32,123 nucleotides of DNA, taken from assembly GCA_039683575.1 (NCBI GenBank), contig JBDKRC010000040.1, forward strand, positions 1-32,123, given 5' to 3'. Below the pieces are notes generated by a model. The model saw only the letters and a program-made list of their open reading frames with translations, did no database searches and had not been told where the DNA came from. This document shows positions 27,857-32,123 of the stretch, piece by piece; the first letter of the stretch is position 1, and each line of letters begins with the position of its first letter. Source of the stretch: Armatimonadia bacterium. Lineage in GTDB: Bacteria; Armatimonadota; Zipacnadia; Zipacnadales; UBA11051. The position numbers and the translations under genes were made by a program.

Positions 27857-28444
27857 TCAGTGCGGCTGAACAGCGACTTTCACTCTGGCTGCGCGTATCA
27901 CGCGGCCGTTGAGAGAGTAACCGGGCTCCAGCTCTGCGACGATGGTGCCCTCGCAGACGTCATTGGTCTCTTCCCGCGCCACAGCCTCATGCTCGGCCGG
28001 GTCAAAGAACTTGCCCTCGGTCACAATGCGCTGCACGCCGTAGCGCCCGAGCAGATCGCGCAACTGCTGCTCCACCATGCACACGCCCTTTAGCAGGCTG
28101 CGGGCCGCTTCGCTGTCCACCTCGCAGCCCGTCGCTCGCTCGAAGTTGTCCAGGATCGGCAGCAGGTCTGAGATGATCGCTTCATTGGCCCACTGCATCT
28201 GCTGGGCCCGCTCTTCCTGGCTGCGGCGGCGGTAGTTCTGCAGGTCCGCGACCGCGCGCAGGTGGTTCTCACGTGTTTCGGCCAGCTCTGCCTCCAGCTC
28301 CGCGATCACCGTCAGCATGTCTCCGGCGGTTTCCTCAGACACCCCTGCCAGCTCACCCTCGGCCGCTGCTGCTTCGACGCTGGCCACCGGCTCAACGTCT
28401 TTGTCTTGAATTGGTATGCGTTTCCCCTTGTCCTTGCCAGACAT
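27857..28444 (-). CDS. grpE: Nucleotide exchange factor GrpE
   Basis: [33 protein letters not shown] and [16 protein letters not shown]; directly downstream of hrcA. Confidence 0.95.
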   Translation of the reverse strand: MSGKDKGKRIPIQDKDVEPVASVEAAAAEGELAGVSEETAGDMLTVIAELEAELAETRENHLRAVADLQNYRRRSQEERAQQMQWANEAIISDLLPILDNFERATGCEVDSEAARSLLKGVCMVEQQLRDLLGRYGVQRIVTEGKFFDPAEHEAVAREETNDVCEGTIVAELEPGYSLNGRVIRAARVKVAVQPH

Positions 28445-28481
28445 GCCTATGAGCCTCACAAACTCGAGATATGAAAACAGC

Positions 28482-28507
28482 GTAGGACGGGCCGCCGGCC
28501 CGCCTAC
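28482..28507. repeat. GTAG-initiated REP-like hairpin between hrcA and grpE
   Basis: GTAGGACGGGCC-gcc-GGCCCGCCTAC. Confidence 0.45.
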
Positions 28508-28549
28508 CAAGGCGACTATACTACCAGACACACCAACACTGGGCGTGGT

Positions 28550-29599
28550 TCAGCGCTTGCCGCTCATCTCCGCCAGGGTCTCAGCCAGCTTGCGGGCCAT
28601 GAACGTGACGGCGTTCATGGCGCGATGATAGTCCATGCGAGTAGGGCCGAAAATGCCAATCGCCCCTCGCGACCGCCCATACTCATACGAGCTGGCCACG
28701 AGGCTGCAACTGCGCATCTCGGGGAAATGGTGCTCCCGTCCAATGGTGACGGTCATCTCGCCGCTCTCGACGGCGGCCTGCAGGATGTGCCTGAGCTTGG
28801 AGTCCTCGTCCAGGGTCTGCATGAACTCCCGCAGGCGCTCACGCTCACCGAACTCCGGCTCATCCAGAATGTAGCTCGTACCCTCGACATAGACCTGGGT
28901 GGCGTCGTCCGCCGCCGCAGCCTCGGCGATGGTCGCGATAAGTTGCTCTGGCACAGTCTGCTCGCCCAGCAGCGGCCGCAGCGAATGCGCTGTCACCCTC
29001 CCCAGAGCACTGGCGGGGCGGCCCACGAGTGTCTGCTCCAGCGCCTGCGATAGTGCGGCCAGTTGGGCTGCCGTCACAGGCTCCTGGGTGCGCAGCAGGT
29101 GGGGCCGCTCATCCCCGTCAGACGTCTTGTAGAGCAGCAGGGACGTCGTGCCGCTGACCGGCTGGACGCGCAGCGAGGTGATCCTGGGCTCCTCGTCGGG
29201 CGGCAGGGTAACCACTGCGGGGTGAGAGGTCAACCGGGCCAGCAGCCGCGAGGTCTTCCGCAGAAGCTCGTGAGGCTCGCTGGCCATGCGGCGGTACTCT
29301 CCCTGCACCCACCCTCCGGCGGCCTCGTCCGGAGCCTCCCTGGTGGAGAGATAGTTCACGTAGAGCCGGTAAGCCGCGTCGCACGGCACGCGCCCGGCTG
29401 AGGTATGGGGCTGGTGCAGGTACCCTGCCTGCTCCAGTTCCACCATCTCATTGCGGATTGTCGCAGTGCTGGCGTGGATGTGGTAGATCTCACGCACGAC
29501 GTGCGAGCCGACAGGCTCACGCGTCCTGACATGCTCTCGCACGACGGCGAGCAGGATTTGCACCTGCCGTTCGGTCAGTGGAGCCGCAAATTGCGTCAC
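28550..29599 (-). CDS. hrcA: Heat-inducible transcription repressor HrcA
   Basis: LTERQ..IL, EPVGS, STATIRNEM..LE..GYL.QPHTSAGRVP and GPTRMDY. GTG start at 29599 after GGAGG. Confidence 0.95.
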   Translation of the reverse strand: MTQFAAPLTERQVQILLAVVREHVRTREPVGSHVVREIYHIHASTATIRNEMVELEQAGYLHQPHTSAGRVPCDAAYRLYVNYLSTREAPDEAAGGWVQGEYRRMASEPHELLRKTSRLLARLTSHPAVVTLPPDEEPRITSLRVQPVSGTTSLLLYKTSDGDERPHLLRTQEPVTAAQLAALSQALEQTLVGRPASALGRVTAHSLRPLLGEQTVPEQLIATIAEAAAADDATQVYVEGTSYILDEPEFGERERLREFMQTLDEDSKLRHILQAAVESGEMTVTIGREHHFPEMRSCSLVASSYEYGRSRGAIGIFGPTRMDYHRAMNAVTFMARKLAETLAEMSGKR

Positions 29600-29635
29600 A
29601 GCAAATAACCTCCGCTGGTCACCCCTCCTAACCCT

Positions 29636-29665
29636 ATTATAGTTAAGATCAGGGGTCGAGGGCAA
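29636..29665 (-). promoter_or_regulatory. Sigma70-type promoter of hrcA-grpE
   Basis: TTGCCC-N18-TATAAT on the minus strand. Confidence 0.6.
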
Positions 29666-29798
29666 CTGGGGCGCGCAAGGCGGCATCTGCTCCACAATTG
29701 TATACTACCGTCACCACCGGCTGGCCGGGTTGGTGCGGGTCCTGTATATTGGACCGCCGCGTCCGCAAAGTAGTCATGCAAGGCATGCGCGGATGCGC

Positions 29799-29827
29799 TT
29801 GACCGCCACGCCTCGGGCTGTTATAAT
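29799..29827 (+). promoter_or_regulatory. Sigma70 promoter of tRNA-Ala
   Basis: TTGACC-N17-TATAAT with TGn extension, 13 nt upstream of the tRNA. Confidence 0.85.
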
Positions 29828-29840
29828 AACCCCTGTGAAT

Positions 29841-29915
29841 GGGGCCGTAGCTCAGGGGGAGAGCGTCTCCTTGGCATGGAGAAGGTCGAGGGTTCAATTC
29901 CCTCCGGCTCCACCA
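29841..29915 (+). tRNA. tRNA-Ala (GGC)
   Basis: Acceptor stem GGGGCCG/CGGCTCC with G3:U70, anticodon arm TCTCC-TTGGCAT-GGAGA, TTCAATT T-loop and encoded CCA. Confidence 0.97.
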
Positions 29916-29932
29916 ACCTAGTCCTCACAGGA

Positions 29933-29961
29933 GGCGCAGGCAAGTTTGTCTGCGCCCTTTT
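29933..29961 (+). terminator. Terminator after tRNA-Ala
   Basis: GGCGCAGGCAA / TTGTCTGCGCC stem followed by CTTTT. Confidence 0.7.
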
Positions 29962-30044
29962 CGTATGAGTTGGCAGGTTTACAGGGCTGTTTGTGCGGGT
30001 TTGAGGCCAGCAAATCTGCCAGCCAGAGGAAGGAATGAACCGCC

Positions 30045-30680
30045 GTGCGGAGAAATCTGCTACTTGTAGGGCTGCTGCTTCTGCCGGGGTGCGTGTTGGC
30101 TCAGGAGGGGCAGGACGCCATCGGCCTCGTCGTGGTGTTGGAGAACAACGCCGTGACCACGTTGGACGTCTCCTTGCCGGCGCTCAGCACCATGAGCGAC
30201 GTCACGCGGGACCTGCAGGAGGTCACGCGGTGGACCGGATGGTCGCTCGGGCGTCCCCAGGTGGACAACAGCGGCAATGCCACGACTGCGCATGTGCTCG
30301 TGACCGAGCCGGCTCCGGTCCAATCGGCTCTGGATGACGTGGTCTGGCCGCTCGTGGCTGCCTTTGCGCGGCACGGCCGCCTCGGACTGGTCATCATGGG
30401 CGGCCAGTTCACCGCCGCCGATAGTGTGGTAGAGAATCAGTACGTGCGCCTGGAACAGAGTGGCGGCCAGGGTGTTCACTCATACCAGGCTCAGGTCAAA
30501 GACGCGAATTTCGGCACCATCGAAGCCCTGTCGCGTAACGAGGCATCCGCTAACGGGCAGCCAGGGCAGGCGAAACGAGGGAGTCTGGCGCTGGCGTGGG
30601 TGTTGGTGATTATCGCGGCGGCGGCTACCGGATTCGCCGTGTACACGATAGTTGGCCGCCGCCAAGCCGCGCGGCAGTAG
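30045..30680 (+). CDS. Hypothetical exported protein with C-terminal membrane anchor
   Basis: 211 aa with signal peptide, C-terminal TM helix and basic tail GRRQAARQ. Confidence 0.8.
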   Translation: MRRNLLLVGLLLLPGCVLAQEGQDAIGLVVVLENNAVTTLDVSLPALSTMSDVTRDLQEVTRWTGWSLGRPQVDNSGNATTAHVLVTEPAPVQSALDDVVWPLVAAFARHGRLGLVIMGGQFTAADSVVENQYVRLEQSGGQGVHSYQAQVKDANFGTIEALSRNEASANGQPGQAKRGSLALAWVLVIIAAAATGFAVYTIVGRRQAARQ

Positions 30681-30716
30681 CTCAGAGCGAACCAGTATTG
30701 CTGGAGGCGACCTAAG

Positions 30717-31943
30717 TTGGACAACTGGCAAGATGTTATCCGCTGGGGGTTTGAGAACAAGGCATCCGACATCTATTGGAAGCCCGCAAGCCGTCCCTGC
30801 TGCAAACTGCGTGGTGTGGTCAACCACATTGAGCAGTACCCGGTCCTGACCAAAGAGGACACCGAGAACATCGCCAAGTCGCTGTTGCGACCGGGCCAGT
30901 GGGAGATGTTTGAAGAGACCCACGAGAAAGACGTAGGCCTCACCATCCCCGGCGTCTGCCGGCTCCGCATCAACATCTACTGCGAGCGCGGCAATACCTG
31001 TCTCGTAATGCGTCTGATTCCCCTGGATATCCTCACTATCGAAGACCTTGACCTGCCGGTGGTGCTGTCCGACATCGCCCTCAAACCGCAGGGCCTGGTG
31101 CTCGTGACAGGGCCGACTGGTTGTGGCAAGTCCACGACCCTGGCCGCGATGATTGACCTCATCAACCGCAAGCGACGGGCCAACATCATCACGGTCGAGG
31201 ACCCGATTGAGTACGTGCATCCGGATAAGTCGAGCATCGTGAGCCAGCGCGAGGTAGGGATCGATACGCTGGGCTTCGGACCGGCCCTCAAGTACGCCCT
31301 GCGTCAGGCCCCGGACGTGATCCTCATCGGTGAGATGCGCGACGTGGAAACGATGACTGTGGCCATGCAGGCGGCTGAGACAGGCCATCTGGTATTCTCA
31401 ACCGTTCATACGACCAGCGCGGCAGAGACGATGGAACGTATCATCAACATGTTCCCGCCCCACGAGAAGCCGCAGATCTGTCTGCGAATGGGTAAGTCAC
31501 TGCAGGCCGTAATCTCGCAGGCCCTCGTGCCCCGGTGTGATGAGAAAGGTCGGATCGCCGCCCTGGAGATCATGGTGGTCACGCCGACCATCGGCAAGCT
31601 GATCGAGGAAGGCAAGCCTTCGGAAGCCTACCAGTACATTGAGGATGGCGGTCACTTCGGGATGCAGACGAAGAACCAGGCCCTCCTGAAGTTGTACCAG
31701 GACGGCAAAGTCAGCGGTGAGGATGCACTGTTCCACGCGGGGAACTACACCGAGATGCGGCAGATGCTGCGGCGGGTCGATGGGCTGGCAGTAGACCAGC
31801 AGAAGGAAGACGAAGCTGCAGCCAAGAAGGTAGCGGCCGCCGAGGCCGCCAAGCGTCGCATGGCGCAGGCGCAGCAACCGAGGCCTCCGCAGCAACCACA
31901 GCAGGGGGCGCCGCCGCCTGCGCCGCGCCCGCCGGGACAGTAG
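30717..31943 (+). CDS. pilT: Type IV pilus retraction ATPase PilT/PilU family
   Basis: Walker A GPTGCGKST, Asp box TVEDPIE, Walker B PDVILIGEMRD and His box GHLVFSTVH. TTG start after GGAGG; Q/P-rich tail. Confidence 0.92.
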   Translation: MDNWQDVIRWGFENKASDIYWKPASRPCCKLRGVVNHIEQYPVLTKEDTENIAKSLLRPGQWEMFEETHEKDVGLTIPGVCRLRINIYCERGNTCLVMRLIPLDILTIEDLDLPVVLSDIALKPQGLVLVTGPTGCGKSTTLAAMIDLINRKRRANIITVEDPIEYVHPDKSSIVSQREVGIDTLGFGPALKYALRQAPDVILIGEMRDVETMTVAMQAAETGHLVFSTVHTTSAAETMERIINMFPPHEKPQICLRMGKSLQAVISQALVPRCDEKGRIAALEIMVVTPTIGKLIEEGKPSEAYQYIEDGGHFGMQTKNQALLKLYQDGKVSGEDALFHAGNYTEMRQMLRRVDGLAVDQQKEDEAAAKKVAAAEAAKRRMAQAQQPRPPQQPQQGAPPPAPRPPGQ

Positions 31944-32123
31944 ACAAGCAGGGGGCGCTAGCCCCATACGCGCACACTTAGGTCCCAATTTCACTGGTAG
32001 GGCGGGCGGCTCGCCAGTAGTGCCTCACAAAAAACCTAGACACCTTAGCTGGGCCTTTGTGGGCTGCTCCCAGAGCCGTTCGCGCAGTTTTAGCCAGACA
32101 TTTCTTAGACCGGTCACGCGGCC

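Noticed and set aside
29841-29915. tRNA-Ala as the integration site of a genomic island
   Set aside because: No integrase and no duplicated tRNA 3' end of meaningful length; it is followed by its own terminator and ordinary genes.
1-32123. CRISPR array, rRNA, transposase or phage genes
   Set aside because: No regularly spaced repeats or recognisable genes of these types. The lone amidase has no holin or phage neighbours.
31944-32123. Possible ncRNA or operator repeats (ctagaca/ccagaca/ttagacc) downstream of pilT
   Set aside because: Only short imperfect hairpins and 5-7 nt matches, truncated by the window edge; not enough evidence.

Overview
This is a GC-rich bacterial chromosome segment, most likely Armatimonadota, inferred from the '[16 protein letters not shown]' DUF1559 prepilins and paired DUF6785/DUF6784-type membrane proteins. 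From left to right it contains: (1) an 18-codon prepilin gene start that breaks off in the conserved leader (…ATC AT|G TAG), probably a mobile-element junction running off the window edge; (2) three large secreted, probably carbohydrate-active proteins (BNR_4-like propeller, DUF6259-like glycoside hydrolase, PcRGLX/YetA-like lyase); (3) a zinc-ribbon membrane protein; (4) a DUF6785-type polytopic membrane protein followed by a 1574-aa protein fusing a degenerate M28 peptidase domain to an FtsX/MacB permease, with no ATPase nearby; (5) an SDR with a probable 1-nt frameshift; (6) a beta-helix plus CBM9-like enzyme; (7) a convergent amidase–M20 peptidase–second DUF6785 operon; (8) two tandem DUF1559/H-X9-DG prepilins; (9) hrcA-grpE without dnaK; (10) tRNA-Ala(GGC); (11) a membrane protein and pilT. 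Several REP-like hairpins and terminators are present. No CRISPR array, rRNA, integrase or transposase is visible. Family assignments come from motif recognition by eye, not from database searches.
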